64,000 nt of DNA from an uncultured Bacteroidales bacterium. Lineage in GTDB: Bacteria > Bacteroidota > Bacteroidia > Bacteroidales > B18-G4. Below are positions 39,499 through 47,560 of the stretch, in pieces (the stretch's first letter is position 1; each line of letters starts with the position of its first letter). The notes below the pieces were generated by a model that was not told the origin of the DNA, did not search any database, and saw only the letters and a program-made list of their open reading frames with translations. The stretch spans positions 99,495-163,494 of the forward strand of contig CAVWDP010000002.1 in the NCBI GenBank assembly GCA_963753835.1. The letters are read 5' to 3'. The position numbers and the translations under genes are program-made.

Positions 39499-40237
39499 CT
39501 ATTTTATTTGAAAAAATATTTTTTTAAACCTTTGAGGAAGTTCATCTTTTAGATGGACTATTTCATTTGTAAACGGATGTATAAATTTTAAAGAATAGGC
39601 ATGTAAATACAATCCTTTTCCGTTTAAAATTAAATTTTCAATTCCATATTCTTTATCTCCCAATATCGGATTTCCGATACGTGACAGATGTATGCGTAAC
39701 TGATGTCTTCTCCCGGTTTTAGGTTTTAATTTCACCAGGTTGAGTTTGCCGAATTTTTTTGAGGGAACGGTTTTGATTAGTGTATAATTCTGATCGTGAT
39801 TTCTTGCCGTCGATTGTTGAAATGATTTTTCCCCGATGTTCCATTTCACCAATAGTAATGGCATAATAGGTTTTCTTAATCTCATTGTCTTCAAACATTT
39901 TATTTAAAGCACGAATGCTACTCCTCGTTTTCCCAACCAATAAAATACCTGTGGTTGGATAATCTAATCGGTGAACAGCTTGTGGTGTTGTAGCATCAGG
40001 AAGATTACTTTGTTTGATGTTTTGAGCCAAGGCATTGGCAATGGTTTTAAAACTATTTCCGCTCACCAAAATACCTGCAGGTTTATGAATCACGGCTAAG
40101 TGATTGTCTTCAAATAATACTTCAAGTGGAAAGACCAGTTTTTTCTTAGGACTGACCTCTTCTGGAATGGATAAGCTAATGGTTTCACCACCATTTATAA
40201 AAGTAGCGGAAGTAGCAATAACATTATTAACCGTCAC
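39499..40237 (-). pseudogene. RluA-family pseudouridine synthase with S4-like N-terminus, frame break and no usable start codon
   Basis: ORF 39719..40237 (HRLDYPTTGILLVGKT) and ORF 39499..39894 (TGRRHQLRIHL) are in different frames, joining near 39800. The N-terminal S4-like frame is open to 40385 without ATG, GTG or TTG. Confidence 0.7.
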
Positions 40238-40432
40238 ATACTGTTTCTTTAATACTTTCTTTAAGGCTGATTTGGTTAAAGCGGCATTAAAAATACCTAC
40301 ACCATACTCTTGAAGTCGAATAGGAGTAGTTAGTTTTGGAACAATATGGGTTTCACTTGCGTTGATGACGTTTTTTCTATATATGCCAACTTGTTTAAAT
40401 GTGATTCACTCAAATATACAAAAGTTTAATTG

Positions 40433-40676
40433 GTCCTTTTTGAAATCTGAAATCTGATATTTGAAATTTGATATTTGAAGTTTTCTGCTCCGCTGGTTAA
40501 GATCTACCGGTCATCTTGCCTCGCCCGCCGAAACCTTGGTGAAGGCGGGAGAGCCGTAGAGCTTTTCCACCTTCGCTAACGCCTCCGCTGAGTAGCTTCA
40601 GCGCTCGCGGAAAGCTACGGTGGATGATAGATGCGGAGGAAGGACCTCCTGGCGATTCGCAGAGCATCAGTTTAAT
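40433..40676 (+). repeat. Modular intergenic repeat, copy 7 (A-B-C, inverted multi-stem module, E)
   Basis: GAAATCTGAAATCTGATATTTG..., CTGCTCCGCTGGTTAAGATCTACCG and GTCATCTTGCCTCGCCCGCCGAAACC. 40566-40624 is the reverse complement of the module at 33089-33147 (about 52/59 by eye). Confidence 0.85.
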
Positions 40677-40743
40677 GTACTTCCAGCGTATTGCAGAACC
40701 TTGGCAGAAAGTCCACCATTAGTATAATATCACAGGAATAATT

Positions 40744-42315
40744 CTATTCAAGAAATACTTTAGTAGGTGTGCCGGACCATGAGCGTCTCTGGAACATGGT
40801 CATCTCATAAGGCACTAAGCCCTCTTGAACTACCCTGTCCTGAAATTCCAGAATGTCATTGAAGTTGATCTCACAATAATGCCTGTGCCAGTCCTGTATC
40901 ATGCAAACTAACTGAAACAGGTAATTTTTGTTGCCAAAGTCTTCGTATTTGTTTTTAAGATCAGGATGCTCCCGCAGCATGCTGTTTGCCTTGGAGCCAG
41001 GAAAAGGGATCAGGGTTCCCCACTCAAACCTGTCAAAGTTGTCAAATTCTGTAAGTTTCTTTAGAAATCCAATTGTTCTTTCCAGGCTTTCTTTGCTTTC
41101 ACCCTGTACCCCGACTACAACACCAGCTATCACACCAATCCTGTATTTCTGCAACAACTTCATGGCTCTTAGATTATCCTCGATCTTTGCTCTTTTATTC
41201 ATGCTTTCCAGCATTTTAGGATCGCCTGATTCCATACCAACAAAGACACTGACACATCCAGACTCAGCAAGTAAGCTGGCAGTTTCCTCATCTATGTTTT
41301 CGGCATCAACATAATTGGTGTAAGGGATATTTAATCGCTTTGGTTTTGCCGCACAGAAAGCCTTGAACCACTCTTTGTCTCCTACAAGGTTATCAGACGG
41401 ATCCCAGATGAAATCTGCCTGGTATTTCTCGACCAGGGATGAAATCTCATCCCAGACCAGCTTAGGCTTCCTAAGCCGCAGATCATAATAAGGAACTGAG
41501 CAGAATACACAGCCGCCTTCTTCCTGTGAGCGCCACATGCATCCTTTCTGGGAATAAATGTTCATGGGTCTCTTAAATGGATCACAGATCGGATATGCAG
41601 GATCTTTACTGTTCTTAAAATACACTTCCATATCCAGGAGATCCCTGTCTGGTGGTGGAAGCTTGTCAAGACATGGCAGCTTTACAGGATTTTCCCTGAT
41701 CTCATGATTGTCGCGATAAACAAGATTCTCTATTGAACCTAATGGTTCATCGGCAACATACTTTGAAAAAGCTATCTCGCCATCATATCTGATCACAGCA
41801 TCTACAAAGTCATAGTATTTTAAGATCTCCTTTGCAAGTGGAGTGGCAGCAGCTCCTCCCAGGATTACCCTTGCACCTTTTTGCTTTGCAATTTCAGCCA
41901 CTTTAATAGCATGATCATAACCACCGGCTGTTGTTGAAATACCCACAACATCAGCATCAAGCTTGTCAATCACCTGATCTAGGGTGAGAACATTGTTTCC
42001 ATCAAGAATCTCTACCTCAACACCAGGATTATTCTGCCTGATGTAAGTCCCTACAGATACAATGCCCAGCGGCTGAGGCCATCGTGCAAATTTGGCTATA
42101 TATTTATCTTGTTTCTCAGGCTGATGCGGAATCAGACCATTAAGCATAGTGGCAAACATGTCACTGGATACAGCCCTCTCAGCCAGCCAGAAGATAAATT
42201 CCCGGGCATAGCGAGCAAAAGGCTGAGGCAATGTTGCAAATTTGGTAGTAATCGTATCTGGCCTTCTGGGAGGAGGAAGAACCAACTGGACCTTTTCTAT
42301 ATTCTTGTATCTCAT
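40744..42315 (-). CDS. B12-binding-domain radical SAM protein (class B), orphan
   Basis: 523 aa with a Rossmann-like cobalamin-binding region (VVGISTTAGGYDHAIKVAEIAK..ILGG) followed by a radical SAM core. The Cys triad is spaced GCMWRSQEEGGCVFC (CX9CX2C rather than CX3CX2C). Host-like composition. Confidence 0.7.
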   Translation of the reverse strand: MRYKNIEKVQLVLPPPRRPDTITTKFATLPQPFARYAREFIFWLAERAVSSDMFATMLNGLIPHQPEKQDKYIAKFARWPQPLGIVSVGTYIRQNNPGVEVEILDGNNVLTLDQVIDKLDADVVGISTTAGGYDHAIKVAEIAKQKGARVILGGAAATPLAKEILKYYDFVDAVIRYDGEIAFSKYVADEPLGSIENLVYRDNHEIRENPVKLPCLDKLPPPDRDLLDMEVYFKNSKDPAYPICDPFKRPMNIYSQKGCMWRSQEEGGCVFCSVPYYDLRLRKPKLVWDEISSLVEKYQADFIWDPSDNLVGDKEWFKAFCAAKPKRLNIPYTNYVDAENIDEETASLLAESGCVSVFVGMESGDPKMLESMNKRAKIEDNLRAMKLLQKYRIGVIAGVVVGVQGESKESLERTIGFLKKLTEFDNFDRFEWGTLIPFPGSKANSMLREHPDLKNKYEDFGNKNYLFQLVCMIQDWHRHYCEINFNDILEFQDRVVQEGLVPYEMTMFQRRSWSGTPTKVFLE

Positions 42316-42348
42316 TTGCTCTAAGAGAATATACTAGATTCTAGAAAC

Positions 42349-42655
42349 TTTTTTTTGATATCTGATATTTGATATCTGATATTTGAAGTCAGAAGTTTTC
42401 TGATCCGCCAGTTAAGTACTACCGGTCATCCTGCATCGCCCGCCGAAACCTTGGTGGAGGCGGGAGAGCAGCAGCGCGAAGCGATGCAAAGGAGGGACCC
42501 CCATCAATTAAACTCCAAACTGTCAAACACCAAATTTCAAACAAATACCATACTGTCAAATTGAAAATTCCAAATTAATCCAACACCCAACACTCAACAC
42601 TTTTTCCGCATTCGCGGAAAAACCGCCCTGGCGATTTGCACCCAAGCATCAAAGT
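42349..42655 (+). repeat. Modular intergenic repeat, copy 8 (A-B-C-F-G with inverted small hairpin)
   Basis: Fills the whole gap between the PIG-L stop and the radical SAM start. The hairpin TTCCGCATTCGCGGAA (42604-42619) is the inverted form of TTCCCGCGAATGCGGGAA. Confidence 0.9.
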
Positions 42656-42683
42656 ACAAATATTTTTTGACAGTGGTTTGGTA

Positions 42684-43568
42684 TTATTTTTCGATAACTC
42701 TAAAAAACTCCCGATCCCAAACGGAGAAGTAAGTTTCAGCGTCAAACTCTTCATAGTAGATTAGAAATTTTCTAAGGTTCTTTCTAACACTTTCCGGGTA
42801 TGCCCTTAAGTAGGTCATTTTTGTTTCTGCCTGGTCTGTGATATTAATTTGAACGTCTGCTTCAGGCATTCCGTCAATACCATATAATGCGTTAGCAGCC
42901 GGACTTGCCTGTGGATAACCCCATTTTTCCATTTTAGGTGTCATCAATTTATCTATCTCTGCTTCTGTGTGTTTTGTTAAAACACTCTGATAAATCCATT
43001 GCGCATTAATTTTACCTTCATTGAATAAATCTAAAACCAGTTGACTTAAAAAAATATGATCCGGATGACCATACCCTCCTTTTATGTTATCAAGCGTGAA
43101 CAGTACAGAAGGATTAAATTCATTTATTTGTGTTATTAAAGCATTCGCCACTTTTTCATGAAGAAACTGTTTTTTAATCTCTTCATAGGGTATCGGCATA
43201 TAAGGGTATTTTACCGTGTCTTTCCCCGGGCGATAAAGCCCGTCGTCCAATATTTTTTCGGAACCCTCGCAAATAATATGTGCAGGATTTCTATCCCCTC
43301 CGGGCATATTATGCGTCTCAAAGCATAGCTGTTTGATTGTCCAGCCATTTGCTGTTAGTTTAGCTATTGTGCCTGACATCATGCAGTCATCGTCATCATG
43401 GGCAACAATTATCAAAGCTTTTTTATTGGTTATCGTATCTAAATTCGAATCTTCCGAATAAGATTCTGTAGCTGCAAATATTTGAAGTTCTTCAATTGTC
43501 GGTTTGTTTGAACAAGAAATTATACTTAAAGTTAAAATTGCGAAAATTGTCATTTTAAACTTTTCCAT
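42684..43568 (-). CDS. PIG-L/LmbE-family deacetylase lipoprotein
   Basis: 294 aa with signal/lipobox ...LSIISC. Motifs VAHDDDD and GHPDH of the LmbE zinc-deacetylase fold. AT-rich. Confidence 0.7.
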   Translation of the reverse strand: MEKFKMTIFAILTLSIISCSNKPTIEELQIFAATESYSEDSNLDTITNKKALIIVAHDDDDCMMSGTIAKLTANGWTIKQLCFETHNMPGGDRNPAHIICEGSEKILDDGLYRPGKDTVKYPYMPIPYEEIKKQFLHEKVANALITQINEFNPSVLFTLDNIKGGYGHPDHIFLSQLVLDLFNEGKINAQWIYQSVLTKHTEAEIDKLMTPKMEKWGYPQASPAANALYGIDGMPEADVQINITDQAETKMTYLRAYPESVRKNLRKFLIYYEEFDAETYFSVWDREFFRVIEK

Positions 43569-43698
43569 AATATATTTTGCTTTAAAAGTCTCTATTGTCT
43601 GCTAGCTTGATTAGATGATCGCTTTTTTAATCATCTATATACGAACGATATATAATGGTTTCATATTATAATTTTACATTATATCATTTAGAAAAAAG

Positions 43699-44012
43699 TT
43701 TTTTGAAATATGAAATCTGAAATCCGATATTTGAAGTTTGAAGTTTTTCTGCTTCGCCAGTTAAGCACTACCGGTCATCCTGCTTCGCACGCCGAAGCTT
43801 TTTATCCTTTGCCAAGGCTCGGATGATGAAAAGCGAAGGTGGGAGAAAAGTTGAGGGTGTGACGAGGGATCTCCTGGCACTGTGCACCTCACTTCCAAAA
43901 GCACTAAATCCTAATTCCTAAATCCGAAACAAATCTCAAATCCCCAATTAACTCAACACTCAATACTAAACACTCATCCCGCGAATGCGGGAAAACAAGT
44001 GGTTATTTGTTG
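43699..44012 (+). repeat. Modular intergenic repeat, copy 9 (A-B-variant C-E-F-G)
   Basis: GAAATATGAAATCTGAAATCCGATATTTGAAGTTTGAAGTTT, CTGCTTCGCCAGTTAAGCACTACCG, GTCATCCTGCTTCGCACGCC..GAGGGATC, CTCCTGGCACTGTGCACCTC and CATCCCGCGAATGCGGGAA. Confidence 0.85.
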
Positions 44013-44022
44013 TTAGCATACG

Positions 44023-45123
44023 TTATTTAATGACCAATTTTGTGGTTATAATTCTATTTGTGCGTACGCTTTTAATAATGAAGATGTATAAGCCTTTAGG
44101 AAGGTCCGAGATGTCAATTTGTTTATTGGCTGATGTTTTTAGTAAATCCCCTTGCAAATTATAAATTTTCGCAATTGATAAATCCTTATTTCTAATATGA
44201 ACTGTGTTCGTAGCAGGGTTGGGATAAATAAGATCATTCCTTTCTTCAAGATCTTCAAAACCCAATGCATAATTAGTATTAAGCCTATAAAGAGTTGGAT
44301 CCCCGGTAGGGCTTTCCTCTGCTGTTAGATAATATTGATTTTGATTCAGGAACGAGATGCTTTCTATTTGAATGGAAGAACCAGTTGGTGGATCAAGCAA
44401 ATATCGTTCAACTGTTCCGCCAGAAAACTGACCAGGCGTAAAACCACTTATTTCTATTGAGAAAGGCGAAATGATCGTATACCCTGTCAGCAGAATGGTA
44501 TTTATTGCAGAATTATAAGTGGCAGCTGTCACAAGACCTTGGGCGTTAATACTGTCGATCTTTTCAATTTGATAAGTTCCTGGTGTTTTTGGCAGCGCAT
44601 AAATATTTGTCCAATAATTACCCCAGTTTTTAGTAAAAATATATAAGCTGTCATTACAGGAGATTAAAGCTTCAGCATCGAAATTCGTCGTGAATGGACC
44701 CGGAGAAAAATTCGTTTGATCTGAATAACTGAAATTTATCGTATCAACGGTAACGGTATCATTGGTGCTCATTAAATAATCTGAAATTGGCAGGCGATAT
44801 ATTTTCAGATCTGTTCTTGATCCATTATTATTTCCAAAATCAGCGATGTATATGTATGTGCTATCATAACACAAATCTTCCCAGTCAATATTGGTGGCGT
44901 TGCTAATAAAAACCGCACGGGAAACATGTCCCGAAATACTATCAAATTCATACAATATAGGCTCTCCTCCAGAGTCATTGTGCGTGATAAGCTTTTGGTT
45001 CAGGTAAATTAAGCCGGAGGTTTCATTTATTGAATCATGAAGAGTAGTTACATATATAATTTGTTGACCATGAACTAATAGTGGGAAAATGATCACAAGA
45101 AACGATATATAAATTAATTTCAT
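44023..45123 (-). CDS. Secreted beta-propeller-like protein with T9SS C-terminal sorting domain
   Basis: 366 aa with a signal peptide. ETSGLIYLNQKLITHNDSGG and IADFGNNNGSRTDLKIYRL motifs. CTD LIYPNPATNTVHI...LPKGLYIFII...KLVIK. AT-rich. Confidence 0.65.
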   Translation of the reverse strand: MKLIYISFLVIIFPLLVHGQQIIYVTTLHDSINETSGLIYLNQKLITHNDSGGEPILYEFDSISGHVSRAVFISNATNIDWEDLCYDSTYIYIADFGNNNGSRTDLKIYRLPISDYLMSTNDTVTVDTINFSYSDQTNFSPGPFTTNFDAEALISCNDSLYIFTKNWGNYWTNIYALPKTPGTYQIEKIDSINAQGLVTAATYNSAINTILLTGYTIISPFSIEISGFTPGQFSGGTVERYLLDPPTGSSIQIESISFLNQNQYYLTAEESPTGDPTLYRLNTNYALGFEDLEERNDLIYPNPATNTVHIRNKDLSIAKIYNLQGDLLKTSANKQIDISDLPKGLYIFIIKSVRTNRIITTKLVIK

Positions 45124-45150
45124 GATGAATATATTCTGTCTATTTTGGAT

Positions 45151-45285
45151 GCCAACGGCCGCTGCTATGGCACGTGATCTTATTGGTTTGTATAAAATTA
45201 CGAAAATATCTTGTGCGCTATAGCTTGTGTTATAGAAGCGTAGGCCCGCCAGGGTGATGCGGCCAAGGTATTGGAGCAGAATTTT
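45151..45285 (-). repeat. Upstream module J, copy directly in front of the 45123 start
   Basis: The minus strand reads ...AGATATTTTCGTAATTTTATACAAACCAATAAGATCACGTGCCATAGCAGCGGCCGTTGGC, then 27 nt, then ATG. Confidence 0.7.
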
Positions 45286-45467
45286 CTTTTTTTATGTCCT
45301 TTCTTTAGAAGAAAGGACGAAAGAATCAAAGTCTTCAAAGGCAATTTTTATCCTCGTTTTCTCGGACAAAACCGCTGACATTTTTTCGCTTCATGCACTG
45401 TCCCACCTTCGGCGGGACGCAATTCCGCTCAAAATGCAGCTATTGCTACTGAAGACTTTCCAACAAA

Positions 45468-45589
45468 GCCGCCAGCTTTGTTTATCATGCAGTGTTACTT
45501 CTACCGGTCATCCTGCATCGCCCGCCGAAACCTTGGTGGAGGCGGGAGAGCAGCAGCGCGAAGCGATGCAAAGGAAGTACCCCCATCAT
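45468..45589 (+). repeat. Modular intergenic repeat, copy 10 (partial: B-like, C)
   Basis: GCCGCCAG...CTACCG-GTCATCCTGCATCGCCCGCCGAAACCTTGGTGGAGGCGGGAGAGCAGCAGCGCGAAGCGATGCAAAGGAAGTACCCCCATCA. The terminal CATCA overlaps the NUDIX stop codon. Confidence 0.85.
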
Positions 45590-46185
45590 TTAATATAATA
45601 ATCAAATGCAATTTTAGTCCAGGTTTCCATCCCTTCATAAAATTCAGCTAGATCAGCTTTATCAATCCAGTCTGCTGTCATTTTATCCGTTTCATTAATA
45701 TCAACATCTTTATTTGATATATGGATGATAAATAATAGCCCTATATGAACGCGGCCAACCGGAATTGTATCATCATTAATAAAGCCAATAAATGCTATAT
45801 CCTCTATTAAACATGTATTTAATAGATTGACCTCCTCAAACAACTCTCTTTTTAATTCATTGATCAGATACTTTTCTTTTGATTCCTTTGAGTTGCCAGG
45901 GTTCATATGCCCACCTATTCCTAAAGAGAATTTATTGTGTAACCTTTTTTCTGTTTGCCCGGATGTTCTATTAAATAAGTAAAATGATTCTTGATTGGAA
46001 ATAACTGCATACGGAATAATTTGCTTAAAGGAAGGGTCTTCTTCCAATTCACTCCTTTTGCGGAACAGACCATTTTGAATAACCACTTTCAACACATCAC
46101 TATTTTCTTTTATTAACCCTTTCTCTTTATAGGTTAATAATTTCCATAGCTCATCTGTTGGTAAAGCAAATACTAATTCTTCCAA
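45586..46185 (-). CDS. NUDIX-fold hydrolase (YmaB-like)
   Basis: 199 aa with NUDIX box GIGGHMNPG...ELKRELFEEVNL. Recalled similarity to YmaB-type proteins linked to dNTP metabolism. 12 nt downstream of the ThyA-like gene. Confidence 0.65.
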   Translation of the reverse strand: MEELVFALPTDELWKLLTYKEKGLIKENSDVLKVVIQNGLFRKRSELEEDPSFKQIIPYAVISNQESFYLFNRTSGQTEKRLHNKFSLGIGGHMNPGNSKESKEKYLINELKRELFEEVNLLNTCLIEDIAFIGFINDDTIPVGRVHIGLLFIIHISNKDVDINETDKMTADWIDKADLAEFYEGMETWTKIAFDYYIK

Positions 46186-46197
46186 AATACTTGTTGG

Positions 46198-47289
46198 TTA
46201 AACAGCCATACTCCTTCTGATTGGAGGATGAGGGTCATAATCTTCTACAATAAAGTCATCAATAGTTAGCTGATCAAAAGGTTTTTTTGCAATTTGTAAT
46301 TTAGGTAAAGGCCTGGGTTCTCTTGATAATTGTTCAAGAATTGCGGTTACATGATCATATTTTTCTTCATTGCCGTCACCGGGAGCATTTTTATTAATCC
46401 ATTCAACTACTTCTAAATATCCTTCTCTTGCAGAAACATTCCGTATTCTTTTTTGTAAATTCTTGAAATTATCTCCGTGCCATTGGGTTCTCTTTCCAAT
46501 ACCGGCATAAAAATGCGAATCACCGAAGGTGTGGATAAATGTTTTCGGGACCATCCCTGCTTCTTGAGCAATTATCTGGGTAAGAGCAGCATAACTGGCT
46601 ATATTAAAAGGAACACCTAAAAACTGATCACAACTTCTCTGGTAAAGTTGTAATTCTAATTCGCCTTGTTCATTAGCAGTGGCTTGATAAAGAACATGAC
46701 AAGGCGGTAAGGACATGTTAGGGGTGTCTCCGGGATTCCATGAATCAACAATGTGTTTTTTTCCAGTAGGTTTCTTTTTTAAACCATTTATTAGTTTCTC
46801 TAGTTGATCAATTTCAACAAAGCTCCCTTTGTCGTGATCAAAATATTCCCATCTTCTCCATTGTTTCCCATAAATCGGACCAGCATCGCCCCATCTTTCT
46901 GCAAAATCAGGATCTTCTTTTATTCTCTGACCATATTCTTTCATTGCTTTGTCCCAATCAGGTGAATACTTTACAAGACTTTCAGGAAAAAGTCCTTCTT
47001 TTTGCATTCCGGAAAGATTGCCCTGAAAAGCATCAGGCCTCCAGATAGGGCAGTTATAGTCTTCAAGGTATTTAATATTTGTATCTCCCCTTAAGAACCA
47101 TATTGTTTCATGAAACATAGATTTTGTAGCCATCTTTTTAGTAGTCAATAATGGATACCCTTCTCTAAGATCATATTCGTTTTGATACCCGAATAAAGAG
47201 ATAATCCCCGAACCTTTGCTTCCTCCTTTAAAATTTGAACGATCAGAAGTTAAAATTGCTTTTGAATGATCTAAATATTGTTGCGCCAT
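46198..47289 (-). CDS. Thymidylate synthase (ThyA) family protein, long divergent form
   Basis: 363 aa with LPPCH catalytic Cys, LYQRSCDQFLGVPFNIASYA and LSREPRPLPKL. It has an L. casei-type insert after IW and a second insert of roughly 45-50 aa between HFY and LSREP. The positions of E. coli R21, R126 and R127 are not Arg (by eye). Confidence 0.75.
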   Translation of the reverse strand: MAQQYLDHSKAILTSDRSNFKGGSKGSGIISLFGYQNEYDLREGYPLLTTKKMATKSMFHETIWFLRGDTNIKYLEDYNCPIWRPDAFQGNLSGMQKEGLFPESLVKYSPDWDKAMKEYGQRIKEDPDFAERWGDAGPIYGKQWRRWEYFDHDKGSFVEIDQLEKLINGLKKKPTGKKHIVDSWNPGDTPNMSLPPCHVLYQATANEQGELELQLYQRSCDQFLGVPFNIASYAALTQIIAQEAGMVPKTFIHTFGDSHFYAGIGKRTQWHGDNFKNLQKRIRNVSAREGYLEVVEWINKNAPGDGNEEKYDHVTAILEQLSREPRPLPKLQIAKKPFDQLTIDDFIVEDYDPHPPIRRSMAV

Positions 47290-47395
47290 TTTTTATTCTG
47301 TTATAGATTATTTTGTGATCAAAAGTAGTTTTTATTTCGGTTCTTTTTCGAACTACGATGTCTACAATTTGGGGGAAATTATTAACAAAAGATAG

Positions 47396-47488
47396 GATAT
47401 CTGATCCTTCGACTTCGCTCAGGACAGGTTATCTGATATTTGAAGTTTGATATTTGAACTTCTCTGCTCCGCCAGTCAAGCACTACCG
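47396..47488 (+). repeat. Modular intergenic repeat, copy 11 (A with CCTTCGACTTCGCTCAGGACAGG insert, B; truncated)
   Basis: GGATATCTGATCCTTCGACTTCGCTCAGGACAGGTTATCTGATATTTGAAGTTTGATATTTGAAC..CTGCTCCGCCAGTCAAGCACTACCG, then unrelated sequence. Confidence 0.8.
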
Positions 47489-47510
47489 CTCCTTCTGAGG
47501 TGAAAGCATA

Positions 47511-47545
47511 AAAAAAGCCACCACCTCCGGTGATGGCTTTTTACA
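47511..47545 (-). terminator. Intrinsic terminator after the degraded T9SS gene
   Basis: AAAAAAAGCCACCACCTCCGGTGATGGCTTTTT: 8/9-bp stem GCCACCACC/GGTGATGGC with A-run and T-run, 16 nt below the stop at 47561. Confidence 0.6.
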
Positions 47546-47560
47546 TAATATATCAAGTGA

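Noticed and set aside
45160-45185. Sigma-54 promoter (TGGCAC at about 45168)
   Set aside because: The -12 element TTGC at the correct 5-nt spacing is absent (it reads CTTAT). The strand is also opposite to the adjacent gene.
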